In this document: one piece after another, positions 27,817 through 38,154 of the stretch
Numbering within the stretch: the first letter of the stretch is position 1
Layout of the letters: each line of letters starts with the position of its first letter
NCBI GenBank assembly: GCA_044356455.1
Contig: JBIKWF010000013.1
Location: 1-57,213, forward strand
Direction of reading: 5' to 3'
Source: Bdellovibrionota bacterium
GTDB lineage: Bacteria; Bdellovibrionota_C; UBA2361; JBGSMV01
DNA length: 57,213 nucleotides
Translations under genes and position numbers: made by a program
The notes under the pieces: model-generated
What the model was told of the DNA's origin: nothing
What the model saw: the letters and a program-made list of their open reading frames with translations, nothing else
The model's database searches: none

Positions 27817-29040
27817 TTACTGCGTAATAATATCAGGGGTTTCCTCAATTGGGCGGGGGGAGGCTTCCGTAATCTCATGTCCGCCTTCGATCTCTCGAAA
27901 GCGCCTAGCGGTCACAAGGACGCGCTTTTCAAGGGAGCCTGCGGCTTGGTTGAATTGTTTTACCGCGTTTCCTAGGGATTTTCCGACACTGTTAAAACCT
28001 TCAACAAAGGTACTGAGCCTCTCAAACAGCTCATATCCCAGAGTTCGAATTTCCTCCGCATGGGCATGTATGTTCGCCTCCTTCCAGCTAAGAGCTACCG
28101 TCTTCAGGAATGCGATAAGAGAGAGAGGCGTGCACAGTAAGACATCATGCTCCTCTGCTTCTCGAATAATTTCAGGATCTGACTCAAGCACCGCAAAGAG
28201 AAAAGACTCGCCCGGAAGGAACACGAGGGTAAAAGGGAGTGCGTTTGGAAATAACGAGGGGTACTTGCGCTGGCCCGTGGCACGAATGTGCCTGCGTATG
28301 GCTTCGCAGAAACTTTTAAGATGCTGAGCTCGCCCAGCTTCGCTTTCAGCGAGAGCAGCTTCAAGGAACGCTTGCCCCGGCGCTTTTGCGTCTACAATGA
28401 CAGAACGGCCGTTAGGCAGCCGAATAATCACATCGGGCCTTGCTTGAGAGCCATTCTCGCGCGTCACGGCTTGCTCCGTAAAATCGCAATAGGGGAGGAG
28501 CCCTGAAGAAGAAAGTACGTTTCTAAGCTGCGCCTCACCCCACGTCCCTAGGTGGCGAGTGTTTGAAAGGGCCCCGCGCAAACGAGCCGTTTCTCCACTT
28601 AGCGAATTCGTATAATCGGCGAGAGAGCGCAGTTGCGACTTGATTTCGCCCTCGCTGGCATTTCGCCTCAGCTCAAGTTCTTTGAGGAAGGTATCGACGG
28701 CACCAAGACGCTCAACGAGTTGTCGCCCGAGAGAGTCGATGAGCGCGTGCTTGCCGTCAAGCTGGCCCTTGCTGAGGTTAAGTAGCTGAGAGCTGTTGGC
28801 CTGTAAGGCCTCTTGAGAGAGGGCCCGAAAAGAATTCTTCAAGGCAGTTTCAGTTGAGCTAAAAAATTGGCGCTCTGAATCGATTTGAGAGGAAAGTTGG
28901 CTCACGCGTTCGAGGAGCTGGGCGCGCTCAGCTGCATTTTCTAAATGAATAGCCTGGGATCGTGAGCTTGAAAAAAGGTACCCAAGGGCAAAGGAGCCGG
29001 TGGCTCCGCATGCTGCGATAATAAGTGAGGCTAGCTCCAT
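27817..29040 (-). CDS. rmuC: DNA recombination protein RmuC
   Basis: N-terminal TM and coiled coil; G.WGE.QL; RPDVIIRLP; VDAKAP; FLPGE. Confidence 0.93.
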   Translation of the reverse strand: MELASLIIAACGATGSFALGYLFSSSRSQAIHLENAAERAQLLERVSQLSSQIDSERQFFSSTETALKNSFRALSQEALQANSSQLLNLSKGQLDGKHALIDSLGRQLVERLGAVDTFLKELELRRNASEGEIKSQLRSLADYTNSLSGETARLRGALSNTRHLGTWGEAQLRNVLSSSGLLPYCDFTEQAVTRENGSQARPDVIIRLPNGRSVIVDAKAPGQAFLEAALAESEAGRAQHLKSFCEAIRRHIRATGQRKYPSLFPNALPFTLVFLPGESFLFAVLESDPEIIREAEEHDVLLCTPLSLIAFLKTVALSWKEANIHAHAEEIRTLGYELFERLSTFVEGFNSVGKSLGNAVKQFNQAAGSLEKRVLVTARRFREIEGGHEITEASPRPIEETPDIITQ

Positions 29041-29237
29041 GTGCTACACGCCCTCCGGATAATCTGATGCATATAGTAGGGAGAAGGATTGATCTTTATT
29101 GAGCCGGGATAGAATGGCATAGGTAGGGCGCTCTGTCCCCAGAGCGCCGAAAAAAATAATAAGGGGGAGCCTCTGCTCAGAATTGATATTCCCATGAGCA
29201 AATAGTCGTAGCAGGATTTAAGCACCAGAAGGGGCGC

Positions 29238-30026
29238 ATGAAGAGCGTATCTAAAACTATCGTTATCGCAGCCTATGCGGAAGATTTGAGCTGGATTGAG
29301 CGGCTCGGGGCTGATTGGCGTCTTGAGATTCTTTCAAAGAACGAGAAGACAGCTAAGTGCGCTTCCGTGTGCCTTCCTAACACAGGTCGCGAGGCACATT
29401 CCTACCTTTGGTATATCTCGAAGAACTATACACAGCTTCCAGAGCTGTGTGTGTTTTGCCAAGGCTGGCCCTTTGATCACTCACCAAGATTTATAGATGA
29501 GCTGGCGAATTTTCAGCTGTGTGATGGGTTTTCCTCCCTGTCAGGGGAGAGAGCCGTGTTCGATTCTTTTGGAATGCCGCATCTTGTGGGCGCAGAGCCT
29601 TCTAAGCGTTTTGGAAGCTTTTATGACTTTTTTAAGAAGCTATTCCTCGCCGCGCCTCCTCCTCTTATGTATGCCCGCATGAATGCGCTCTTTGCGGTAA
29701 CCCGGGAGGCTATCCAGAGGCTCCCCCGTGATTTCTATGAAACTGCAGCGGCCATGTGCGACGAATCCACAGGTCCAGAATCGCAGCGCGGGGCCATCGA
29801 GGCGCATTATTTTGAGCGGATATGGCATGTACTATTTGCCAAGGACAGGGAAGCCGCAGCGCGAGAGCCCCTTTGGTCAATGCCCGCGGAAGAGCGCACG
29901 CTCGTGGCCGCCGATCTCGCTCTTTGGAAAGAGCATTTCTCTCAGCGCAGATTACAGGAGGCAGTAAGCGCTCTTATCAGCGCCAATCAAAAGTTAGCCG
30001 CGCGGTATCGCACCGCTTCGGCTTAG
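29238..30026 (+). CDS. DUF3431-like protein
   Basis: IVIAAY.EDL.W; LPNTGREAHSYLWYI..NY..LP; F.QG.PFDH; F.VTRE.I; FERIWH. Confidence 0.75.
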   Translation: MKSVSKTIVIAAYAEDLSWIERLGADWRLEILSKNEKTAKCASVCLPNTGREAHSYLWYISKNYTQLPELCVFCQGWPFDHSPRFIDELANFQLCDGFSSLSGERAVFDSFGMPHLVGAEPSKRFGSFYDFFKKLFLAAPPPLMYARMNALFAVTREAIQRLPRDFYETAAAMCDESTGPESQRGAIEAHYFERIWHVLFAKDREAAAREPLWSMPAEERTLVAADLALWKEHFSQRRLQEAVSALISANQKLAARYRTASA

Positions 30027-30039
30027 GAACTTCTACCTT

Positions 30040-30915
30040 ATGGATTTTGAAATAGAAGAACAGGAGCCTCCGGCCTCGAAAGCAGAGCCTGTATCGGGCA
30101 ATAGATCTGCTCCCGGGGGCACTCCTTCTCGATTGGCGGCGGATCGCGTACTTGCGCGCTGGAGATTCTTGCGCTGGACCCTCCGGTTTTGTCTTTACGT
30201 TGGCTTAGCGCTGTATGTCTCTGGGAAGTATGTGATTGGGAGATTCGATGAGAAGCTCCAAATAGCTAAATCCGTACGGACTGACCCAGTGCAAGAAGCC
30301 ATTTCTGAGGCCCCATTCTTTTTTAGCTACGGGAAAGACGAGTACCGAATCGAGCCAGTGGCTTCCTACGATATTAGCGGGCTGATAGTGACTCACAATG
30401 AAGTTTCAAGCATGACCGACGCCTATCATACTAGTGAATCGGTAGATTTTAGAGACTTGTGTTTGGTGTGGGGTTCTAATGTGGGCTCAGGAGTGTTTCG
30501 GCGCATGACATTTTGGAGCGAGCCATGGTCTTGCCATATGAAAGCCAATGACCAAGACGCTGCCATGTCATTTAATCCTCAACAGCTCTCAAACAACCAC
30601 CTCCTCAGCGCTGACCCGCAGGTGCGAAAAACGATTCGCTCAATGCAGATTGGCGACCAGGTGCGGCTTCAGGGAATGCTCATAAACTATTCTCCGAAGT
30701 GGTCACCAGAGCAGGAGAGAAAGACGAGTCTTATTCGCGATGATACCGGTAACGGAGCCTGTGAAGTCCTTTGGGTTGAGTCGGCACAAATACTTAAGCG
30801 AGGAGGGACGGGCTGGCATTTTACTCGCGATGTTGGGTTCTGGCTTCTCGTCGCTGCGATAGTGGGCGGCGCTGTGGTTTTTTTAGCAGCGCCGGTGAAT
30901 CTTTATCGTGGGTAG
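30040..30915 (+). CDS. Hypothetical membrane protein
   Basis: Two TM segments flanking a soluble domain (DLCLVWG, SNNHL, TSL.R.DTGNGACEV). Confidence 0.75.
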   Translation: MDFEIEEQEPPASKAEPVSGNRSAPGGTPSRLAADRVLARWRFLRWTLRFCLYVGLALYVSGKYVIGRFDEKLQIAKSVRTDPVQEAISEAPFFFSYGKDEYRIEPVASYDISGLIVTHNEVSSMTDAYHTSESVDFRDLCLVWGSNVGSGVFRRMTFWSEPWSCHMKANDQDAAMSFNPQQLSNNHLLSADPQVRKTIRSMQIGDQVRLQGMLINYSPKWSPEQERKTSLIRDDTGNGACEVLWVESAQILKRGGTGWHFTRDVGFWLLVAAIVGGAVVFLAAPVNLYRG

Positions 30916-30920
30916 TCTAA

Positions 30921-31050
30921 GGAGCCTCTGAAAAACCGTCATTCTTAAGACACCTCTGTGTACCTCGGTGTCCTCTGTGGTGAAATTCTTCATAAAAATT
31001 TCACCACAGAGGACACAGATTTACACAGAAGTGAGTTTTTCAGAGCTTCC
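30921..31050. mobile_element. MITE-like element family 1
   Basis: GGAGCCTCTGAAAAA...TTTTTCAGAGCTTCC with exact CTAA duplication (30917-20, 31051-54); internal palindrome TCCTCTGTGGTGAAAT / ATTTCACCACAGAGGA. Confidence 0.8.
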
Positions 31051-31128
31051 CTAAGTGGCCCTCAAAAGCCCAAGGGCCTTCAAAAGGAATATGAAGAGTA
31101 AAGAAGCAGAAGTTCTCTCGCTCCTGCC

Positions 31129-31608
31129 TCAAAAGAAGTAGAAGAAAGCAAAAAATCCAATCATTGAACAAGCGATAGCAAGTTTAGCAGCGGTGCCAAG
31201 GAGAAGCCCAATCCAAGTGCCAAGTCCGACGTGCCCCGCCTTGAGCAAATCTCGCTGATTAATCAGCTCACCTAGCACCGCTCCCACAAAAGGAGCAAAA
31301 AATACTCCGACAAGCCCAAAGAAAAGCCCGACGATAGTTCCGATGGCGGCTCCCACGATAGCCAAGGAGCTTGCGCCAACGCGCTTGGCGCCAAGTGCGG
31401 TGGCTACAAAATCAACTACGAGCGAGAGGACCGTGAGTATAATGAGGACGGTAAGGGTGCCCCAACCGACCCGTTCAAAGTGGTCCACCCAGCCAATGAG
31501 AATCATGCCCCCAAGCATAAGCGGGGCTCCAGGCAGAATGGGAACGACCGTGCCGGCAAGCCCTATAAGTATCGCTAGAACGCCCAAAATTGCGAGAAAT
31601 ACATCCAT
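31129..31608 (-). CDS. DUF456 (YqgC-like) membrane protein
   Basis: G.VVPILPG; LGAKR.GAS; PFVGA.LGE; Gly-rich TMs. Confidence 0.88.
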   Translation of the reverse strand: MDVFLAILGVLAILIGLAGTVVPILPGAPLMLGGMILIGWVDHFERVGWGTLTVLIILTVLSLVVDFVATALGAKRVGASSLAIVGAAIGTIVGLFFGLVGVFFAPFVGAVLGELINQRDLLKAGHVGLGTWIGLLLGTAAKLAIACSMIGFFAFFYFF

Positions 31609-31658
31609 AGGCTGGCAGTCTGGGTCTTGCTCGCCCGCTCGTCAATGCCTTGCCCTCT

Positions 31659-31852
31659 TGTCTCACGGGATCCCTGCGGGGCCGTGAGACTCCGCGTAAA
31701 ATCCGCCGTCCTCGCGGATTTTACGCATCGCGCACCTGCGAGCGCCGCACTCGGGGCGTCGCCCTCCGGTGCGCTCCGTCGCGTTCTTAACGCGCCAATA
31801 GCGCGGGGGGCTCCCGTTGGTCGCGATTTGCTAACGCCGTCCGGGCGTTAGC
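31659..31852 (-). repeat. Multi-hairpin dispersed element family 2, copy 2 (reverse)
   Basis: Reverse complement aligns along its length with 39844-40035. Confidence 0.8.
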
Positions 31853-31943
31853 TAGCCGCCGTGGCGGCTAGCACCTTTTGCTTCCGCCAAGCGCCCTCGT
31901 GCGCTAGTATCCGGCGACTAAAGTGCCGTAACTACGAGGGATC

Positions 31944-34676
31944 ATGGGATCTAAGGAAAGGATATCGCAAGTGCACGCCTCAGAGGCGCCTTCGTCGAAG
32001 GAACAGCGGCGGTTAGATGAAGAGATGCGCGGTGTATTCTGGAAGCGCTGGGGGCCTTATCTTAGTGAGCGCTCTTGGGGCACGGTGAGAGAAGATTATA
32101 GTCCTGACGGGAACGCCTGGGATTATCTTCCCCATGATCTTGCCAGAAGCAAAGCCTACCGCTGGGGTGAAGATGGGATCGCCGGAATAAGCGATCGCTA
32201 CCAATTGTTATGTTTAGGCCTGGCATTTTGGAATGAGCGCGACCCGATTCTAAAGGAGCGCATGTTTGGTTTGGTTCCCAAGGAAGGGAACCATGGCGAG
32301 GATGTTAAAGAATACTATTACTATCTCGATAGCACGCCGACGCACTCTTATCTTAAATACCTCTATAAGTACCCCCAGAAAGAGTTTCCTTATCGCTGGT
32401 TGATAGAAGAGAACCAGCGCCGCGGTGGTAAGGGCCTTGAGTTCGAGCTTCTTGATACCGGGATTTTTGATGATGGGCGCTACTTTGACATCGTAGTGGA
32501 ATATGCCAAAGACGGTCCCGATGATGTCTACCTTAAGATTGAGGCCTTTAACCGAGGCCCCGATGCCGCGCCTTTGCACATCATTCCCCAGCTCTGGTTT
32601 CGAAACACGTGGGCGTGGACAAATCCTGCAGAGAAAGAGCCCTTGATTACCCTCGCGCGTTCTCCGCTTGGAGGGGCTTCGCAGGAAGTGCTTACGCTCT
32701 GCGCGGATGATACTGGGACTCAGTTACTGAAGAACCTTCCGGTCGAATATGAGCTCGGGAAGTTTTACCTTTACGCTGAAAATACCCACCTCGCGAAGCC
32801 CCTTTTCACTTTTAATGAAACGAATATGCCGCGAGTGTACGGCAGCGGCGAGAACCGGCGGCCCTACGTAAAGGATGCCTTTCATCGCAGCATAGTCCAA
32901 GGAGAGCAGGCGACCAATCCCGTGGCGCAGGGGACTAAGGCAGCGATTCATTATCGCTGCAACGTCCCGGCGCATGGATCCGTCTCTTTCCGTCTTAGGT
33001 TGTCTGATCGCGAAGAGGCGAAGCCTCTTTCACGAGCCGAAGAGGTAGTGTCCGAGCGACGGAAGGAAGCAGATGAATTTTTCAATTCCCTCCATCCGGA
33101 GAAGGCGACCGCCGATCAAAAACTTATTCAGCGCCAGGCCCTGAGCGGGATGTTGTGGGGAAAGCAAATTTATCTTTTTGATGTGGACCGCTGGCTTAAG
33201 GGAGATAATCCTGCGCTGCCGCCCCCCGCTTCCCGGGAACATGTGCGAAATAAGCACTGGAAACATCTGAATTCGATGCGCGTACTCTCAATGCCGGATA
33301 AATGGGAGTACCCCTGGTTTGCGGCTTGGGACTCGGCGTTCCATGCAGTTGCGCTCTCACTCGTGGATATTGAATTTGCAAAGGAGCAGCTTTGGCTCTT
33401 CCTTTTTGAGCAGTTTTTGCATCCGAGCGGGCAGATTCCTGCCTATGAGTACGAGTTCTCAGACCTCAATCCACCAGTTCACGCGTGGGCGGTGTGGCGT
33501 GTGTACAACACCGAGAAGATTAAGAAGGGTAAGGCTGACCGCGCATTTCTTGAAAAGTGTTTTCACAAGCTTCTTCTCAATTTCACCTGGTGGATTAATA
33601 AAGTCGACTCTCAGGGGAATAATATTTTTGAAGGCGGGTTTCTCGGGCTTGATAACATTACGGTGCTCGATCGCAGCGAGAAACTTCCCGAAGGAATGGT
33701 GCTTGAGCAGTCTGATGCGACAGGCTGGATGGGTTTTTTCGCGCTCACCATGATGCGCATGGCGCTCGAACTTGCGCGTGAGAATCCGGTGTACGAGGGC
33801 CTGGCGACCAAGTTCTTCCAGCACTACGTGTATGTTGGTGCGGCGATGAAGCATCGCGGCGGCCGGGATTATTCCCTTTGGGACAATGACGATGGGTTCT
33901 TCTATGATGTGCTCCGGCATCCCGATGGTCACTTCGATAAATTCCGCGTGCGTTCTTTGGTTGGCTTAATTCCGCTTTTTGCAGTGGAGCGGCTGGAAGC
34001 GCGCTGGCTTGAGCCTTTCCCTGATTTTAGGAAACGCTTGGGCTGGTTCCTTAAGAACAGGCAGGATTTGGTTCAGCGCTGTTGCTGGGAGCAAGAACGA
34101 GACGGAGAAATTGTGCATGTGCTTACCATTTTGGATGAGCAGCAGCTTACGCGAGTCTTGCAAGTGGTGTTTGACGAAGAGGAGTTTCTCTCGCCCTACG
34201 GTTTGAGGAGCTTGTCTAAGTTCCATGAGCAGCATCCTTTTAGATTTGGTAACGGCGAGGTTAAGTACGAGCCGGCAGAATCTGATTGTAAGCTTAAGGG
34301 CGGGAACTCTAATTGGCGCGGGCCGCTTTGGTTCCCCACGACCTTTCTCTTGATCGAATCTCTCAGGCAGTTAAGTAAGGCCTACGGTCCCAAATACCGA
34401 ATCAAGCTACGTTCCGGAAAATCTATGACGTTTGGGGGAATGGCGCGCGAGCTTGCTACTCGCATGGTGCGCATTTTTGAGCGTGGGCCAGATGGTAAAC
34501 GCCCCGTATTTGGTGGCACTCAGATGATGCAGGTAAATCCGTATTGGAAGGATAATCTGCTCTTCTATGAATACTTTCATGGTGACAATGGGGCAGGCTT
34601 GGGCGCAAGTCATCAGACCGGTTGGTCGGGGCTCGTGGCTGCGCTTGTGGATGAATGGGCAGGTTCCGATGAGTGA
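31944..34676 (+). CDS. MGH1/GH63-like glycoside hydrolase (glucosidase)
   Basis: [69 protein letters not shown]. Confidence 0.92.
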   Translation: MGSKERISQVHASEAPSSKEQRRLDEEMRGVFWKRWGPYLSERSWGTVREDYSPDGNAWDYLPHDLARSKAYRWGEDGIAGISDRYQLLCLGLAFWNERDPILKERMFGLVPKEGNHGEDVKEYYYYLDSTPTHSYLKYLYKYPQKEFPYRWLIEENQRRGGKGLEFELLDTGIFDDGRYFDIVVEYAKDGPDDVYLKIEAFNRGPDAAPLHIIPQLWFRNTWAWTNPAEKEPLITLARSPLGGASQEVLTLCADDTGTQLLKNLPVEYELGKFYLYAENTHLAKPLFTFNETNMPRVYGSGENRRPYVKDAFHRSIVQGEQATNPVAQGTKAAIHYRCNVPAHGSVSFRLRLSDREEAKPLSRAEEVVSERRKEADEFFNSLHPEKATADQKLIQRQALSGMLWGKQIYLFDVDRWLKGDNPALPPPASREHVRNKHWKHLNSMRVLSMPDKWEYPWFAAWDSAFHAVALSLVDIEFAKEQLWLFLFEQFLHPSGQIPAYEYEFSDLNPPVHAWAVWRVYNTEKIKKGKADRAFLEKCFHKLLLNFTWWINKVDSQGNNIFEGGFLGLDNITVLDRSEKLPEGMVLEQSDATGWMGFFALTMMRMALELARENPVYEGLATKFFQHYVYVGAAMKHRGGRDYSLWDNDDGFFYDVLRHPDGHFDKFRVRSLVGLIPLFAVERLEARWLEPFPDFRKRLGWFLKNRQDLVQRCCWEQERDGEIVHVLTILDEQQLTRVLQVVFDEEEFLSPYGLRSLSKFHEQHPFRFGNGEVKYEPAESDCKLKGGNSNWRGPLWFPTTFLLIESLRQLSKAYGPKYRIKLRSGKSMTFGGMARELATRMVRIFERGPDGKRPVFGGTQMMQVNPYWKDNLLFYEYFHGDNGAGLGASHQTGWSGLVAALVDEWAGSDE

Positions 34677-34866
34677 TTTTTTATAGCGTAGCGACTCCTT
34701 CCAAGGGCTGCTTTGCTCCTCAGGAAGATGAATTTTTGCCAAAACGGGGCCTTCTTGGGGGCTCAAAGAGGAGGCAAGAGGTCTTTTTCGCTCAAAGTGC
34801 CTTAATCTTTCGGCTAAGGAGGCTGTCTTCTGTACCTCTTGAGCGGGGTCCAGTATCCTAAGGTCC

Positions 34867-35340
34867 ATGGCATATTGGTTAGTGAAAACCGAACCCGACG
34901 TATATTCAATTTCCGATTTCAAACGGGAGAAGGAAACTCTCTGGGATGGGGTGCGTAATTACCAAGCTCGCAACTATCTGCGATCCATGAAGGTGGGAGA
35001 GCTCGTTCTCTTTTACCACTCCTCCTGTGAAGAGGTGGGAGTCGCAGGAATCGGGAAGGTAACTGAAGAAGCAATTCCAGAGCCGCTTCAATTTGATAAG
35101 AAGAGTGATTATTTCGATGCCGAAGCAACAAAGGATACTCCGCGTTGGTGGGCTCCGAGGCTTGAATGCGTGAAGGCCTTCGCTAAAGTAGTGCCGTTAT
35201 CAGTGCTTCGCGTGCGCAAGGACTTAGAGAAGATGGTAGTGCTGCAGCGAGGTTCGCGGCTTAGTGTACAGCCAGTAACTGACGTTGAGTTCCAGGTGAT
35301 TGTGGGGCTTGCGGAGAATGGTAATCGCCCTGGAAAATAA
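34867..35340 (+). CDS. EVE domain-containing protein
   Basis: YWLVKTEP; WDGVRNYQARN; FYHS; RLSVQPV. Confidence 0.93.
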   Translation: MAYWLVKTEPDVYSISDFKREKETLWDGVRNYQARNYLRSMKVGELVLFYHSSCEEVGVAGIGKVTEEAIPEPLQFDKKSDYFDAEATKDTPRWWAPRLECVKAFAKVVPLSVLRVRKDLEKMVVLQRGSRLSVQPVTDVEFQVIVGLAENGNRPGK

Positions 35341-35399
35341 GGGCCCTCGTAGGAAAGCCTACAAACTAAAAAATTATTGAAGAACGATTTAGACCGACC

Positions 35400-36197
35400 A
35401 TGTCTCGTATTCCTATAAAGAGTGCAAAAGAAATTGAACTCATGCGTGAATCGTGCCGCCTCACCGCTACGATTCTAGATGCACTTGAAGATTTTGTTCG
35501 TCCTGGGATTAGCACAGAAGACATCAATTCCTTTGTGCACAAGATGATTATTGATGCAGGAGCCAAGCCCTCTACGCTTGGTTACAAAGGCTATACCAAG
35601 TCGTGTTGTACCTCGATCAACGACGTCATTTGTCACGGCGTTCCAAGTCCTTATGTGGTCTTGAGCCCCGGGGATATCATCAATGTCGATGTCACTAGTT
35701 ATAAAAATGGTTTCCATGGCGATGCCAGCCGCATGTATTTTGTAGGCGGTGAATCGGCATGCTCAGAGAGCGCGCGCGAGCTGGTACAGGTAGCTCAGGA
35801 TGCCATGTACGCCGGTATTCGCACGGTTCGGCCCGGTTCTCACGTAGGCGACATCGGTGCGGCCATTCAAGAAGAGATCAAGAATTCGGGTCGTGGGTAC
35901 GGCATTGTGCGTGAGTATACCGGGCACGGCGTGGGACGTGAGTTCCATGAAGCTCCTCAAGTGGTGCATGTGGGGAAGAAGGGGCACGGAGATGTACTTA
36001 AGCCAGGCATGACCTTTACCGTGGAGCCCATGATAAACGCCGGGACCTATAAGACAGAGCTTTCTAAGGTAGATGGTTGGACGGTGCGCACCGCAGATGG
36101 AAAACTCTCGGCGCAGTGGGAACATACCGTGCTTGTGACGGAAGATGGGGTAGAGCTTCTCACCGACAGCCTTAAGCACCCGCGCGGTAGGGCTTAA
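35400..36197 (+). CDS. map: Methionine aminopeptidase type I
   Basis: CTSIN.VICHG.P; DIINVDV; HGDAS; GHGVG..FHE; EPMIN; SAQWEHT. Confidence 0.97.
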   Translation: MSRIPIKSAKEIELMRESCRLTATILDALEDFVRPGISTEDINSFVHKMIIDAGAKPSTLGYKGYTKSCCTSINDVICHGVPSPYVVLSPGDIINVDVTSYKNGFHGDASRMYFVGGESACSESARELVQVAQDAMYAGIRTVRPGSHVGDIGAAIQEEIKNSGRGYGIVREYTGHGVGREFHEAPQVVHVGKKGHGDVLKPGMTFTVEPMINAGTYKTELSKVDGWTVRTADGKLSAQWEHTVLVTEDGVELLTDSLKHPRGRA

Positions 36198-36396
36198 AGT
36201 CTGGCCCCTTGACGATATGGCTTGAGAGGTAAGGGGGGGGGCTGGCGGTACCTGTACCTGCCTTTCATCGCTGCCAGAGGCCGTGGCCTCGCGAAAGTGC
36301 ATGAGCAGCCGAGCGCTGCTCGCATTAATAGAACGCAGCGTAGCGCCGCAATTTGGCGCTACGCTGCGGCCGCAATAGTTGGTTCAAAAAGGGCCG

Positions 36397-37989
36397 CTAT
36401 TCCTCAGCCGAGCGTAGGAATACAAAGCGCTCCATGCCTTGACTCTCCACCACAAGGCGTACTCCCTTCTTAAGGTCTGCCTGCTGAATACGCTCGTAGA
36501 AATCGCTCGTCGAAGTAACCTTTTGGCCGTTTACGCTTACCACTACGTCACGAGGCTGAAGCGTCGCGCGTTCTCCTAAGCTCGACGGCTCCACTTGACG
36601 CACGACCACTCCAGTTTTGGTCTTTGTTCCTAGGCGCCTTGCGATGTCAGGTGTGAGCGCTTCTATGGAGATCCCAAGATCAACCGTAGGAGCTTCCTCT
36701 TCTTTGGCTTCTGCTTGCTGCGTTGGAAGCTCCCCAATCTTGACCGAGGCGGTCTCCTTTCGTCCGTTTCTGAGATACTCAAAATTAACCGAGGTGCCAG
36801 GAGCAGTACCTGCGATCTTATTGCGAAGCTGGTTGATATTCTTCACTGGGGTGTCATCCATGCGGATGATGATGTCGCCTTGTTTGAGTCCTGCTTTCCC
36901 GCCCGGCCCGTCTTCTTCAACGTGTCCGACGAGGGCGCCGTCAGTTCCGGCGAAATTAAAGGAGGCTGCGAGGTCCTCGGTGAGATTCTGGATGCCTACT
37001 CCAAGCCAGCCGCGCACCACTTTGCCTTTTGAAATAAGGCTCTCGAGGACGTTTTTCGCCATGCTCGCGGGAATCGCGAATCCAATTCCCATGTACCCGC
37101 CGCTACGAGAGAAAATGGCCGTATTAATGCCAACTACCTCTCCATTTAGATTTACGAGTGGCCCGCCGCTGTTACCCGGATTTATTGCTGCATCGGTTTG
37201 AATGAAATCCTCAAATTGGCCTCCGCCCATAATTGAGCGCCCCTTGGCGCTCACGATGCCGGCGGTGATGGTATTATCGAGGCCAAAGGGATTGCCTGCC
37301 GCGATCACCCATTCGCCAATCTTGAGTTCGTCTGAGTCACCCAGCTTCGCAGCAACAAGTTTGTCGGCTTTGATCTTTATGACAGCTAAGTCCGTTCGAG
37401 GATCTCGTCCAATAAGCTCCGCCTTCACCTCTCTTTCATCACTAAGTCGGACTTTTAGCTCGTCGGCGTCTCCCACGACGTGATTATTGGTAAGTATGTA
37501 GCCGGATTTGTCTACGATTACGCCAGTACCCAGGCCGGAACGGCCACCGTCATCTCCTCCTCCGCCGCCACCGGGGCCACGAAAGGGGCCAAAGCGTTCA
37601 GCAAAGTCATCGCCGAAAAAGTCTTTAAATTGCTCAAAAAACTGATCGCGCTCGTTCTTGCCACGGCGAGCGGGCTGTGGCTTCTTGATGGCGCTGATAT
37701 TAACTACCGAAGGTGTGATTTGCTTTGCTACGGCTTCAAAGGCAGAAGATAGTTCTCGTGCATGCGCAATGCCAGGAGCCGGATCCGTGTTTTCTTGAGA
37801 GTAGCTATACTGGGGGGTCAGTATGGTGAAGCTCGCGAATGCTAAAGCCGAAAATAATTTTGAGCGTGAAAGGAAAGCGCGCCTAGCGGCGTTCAAAGGG
37901 GAAACAGCAAGATTGCGAAGCACCAGATTGCTAACCACCAGATTGCTAACCACCAGATTGCTAACCAATTGAGCAGGCAGAAAAGTCAT
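36397..37989 (-). CDS. HtrA/DegP/DegQ (Do) serine protease with two PDZ domains
   Basis: LTNNHV, DLAVIK, IQTDAAINPGNSGGPL, RGWLGV. Probable start at 37989 with GAGGG RBS. Confidence 0.95.
   Translation of the reverse strand: MTFLPAQLVSNLVVSNLVVSNLVLRNLAVSPLNAARRAFLSRSKLFSALAFASFTILTPQYSYSQENTDPAPGIAHARELSSAFEAVAKQITPSVVNISAIKKPQPARRGKNERDQFFEQFKDFFGDDFAERFGPFRGPGGGGGGDDGGRSGLGTGVIVDKSGYILTNNHVVGDADELKVRLSDEREVKAELIGRDPRTDLAVIKIKADKLVAAKLGDSDELKIGEWVIAAGNPFGLDNTITAGIVSAKGRSIMGGGQFEDFIQTDAAINPGNSGGPLVNLNGEVVGINTAIFSRSGGYMGIGFAIPASMAKNVLESLISKGKVVRGWLGVGIQNLTEDLAASFNFAGTDGALVGHVEEDGPGGKAGLKQGDIIIRMDDTPVKNINQLRNKIAGTAPGTSVNFEYLRNGRKETASVKIGELPTQQAEAKEEEAPTVDLGISIEALTPDIARRLGTKTKTGVVVRQVEPSSLGERATLQPRDVVVSVNGQKVTSTSDFYERIQQADLKKGVRLVVESQGMERFVFLRSAEE
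37921..37965. repeat. 15-bp tandem repeat x3 in the protease leader region
   Basis: CACCAGATTGCTAAC three times (VSNLV units), plus a degenerate adjacent unit. Confidence 0.9.
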
Positions 37990-38154
37990 GTAACCCTCTA
38001 ATTTCTTTAAGTCCCCGTTGGGGGAGGAGCCAGTTATAGCGCCCCCGTAAGAGTATAGGCGAGTCGCCTTGTCCCGCAACAGAGGTCATTAGGACGTTTT
38101 CAGAGTGGTGAAAATTCAAACCAAAGCGTCGAAGGGGACTCTGGGAGGAGTTTG

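Noticed and set aside
31627..31851. ORF 31627..31851 and its apparent paralogue 39794..40036
   Set aside because: The similarity comes from the family-2 non-coding element. Copy 1 does not preserve the peptide, and the substitutions conserve base pairing rather than codons.
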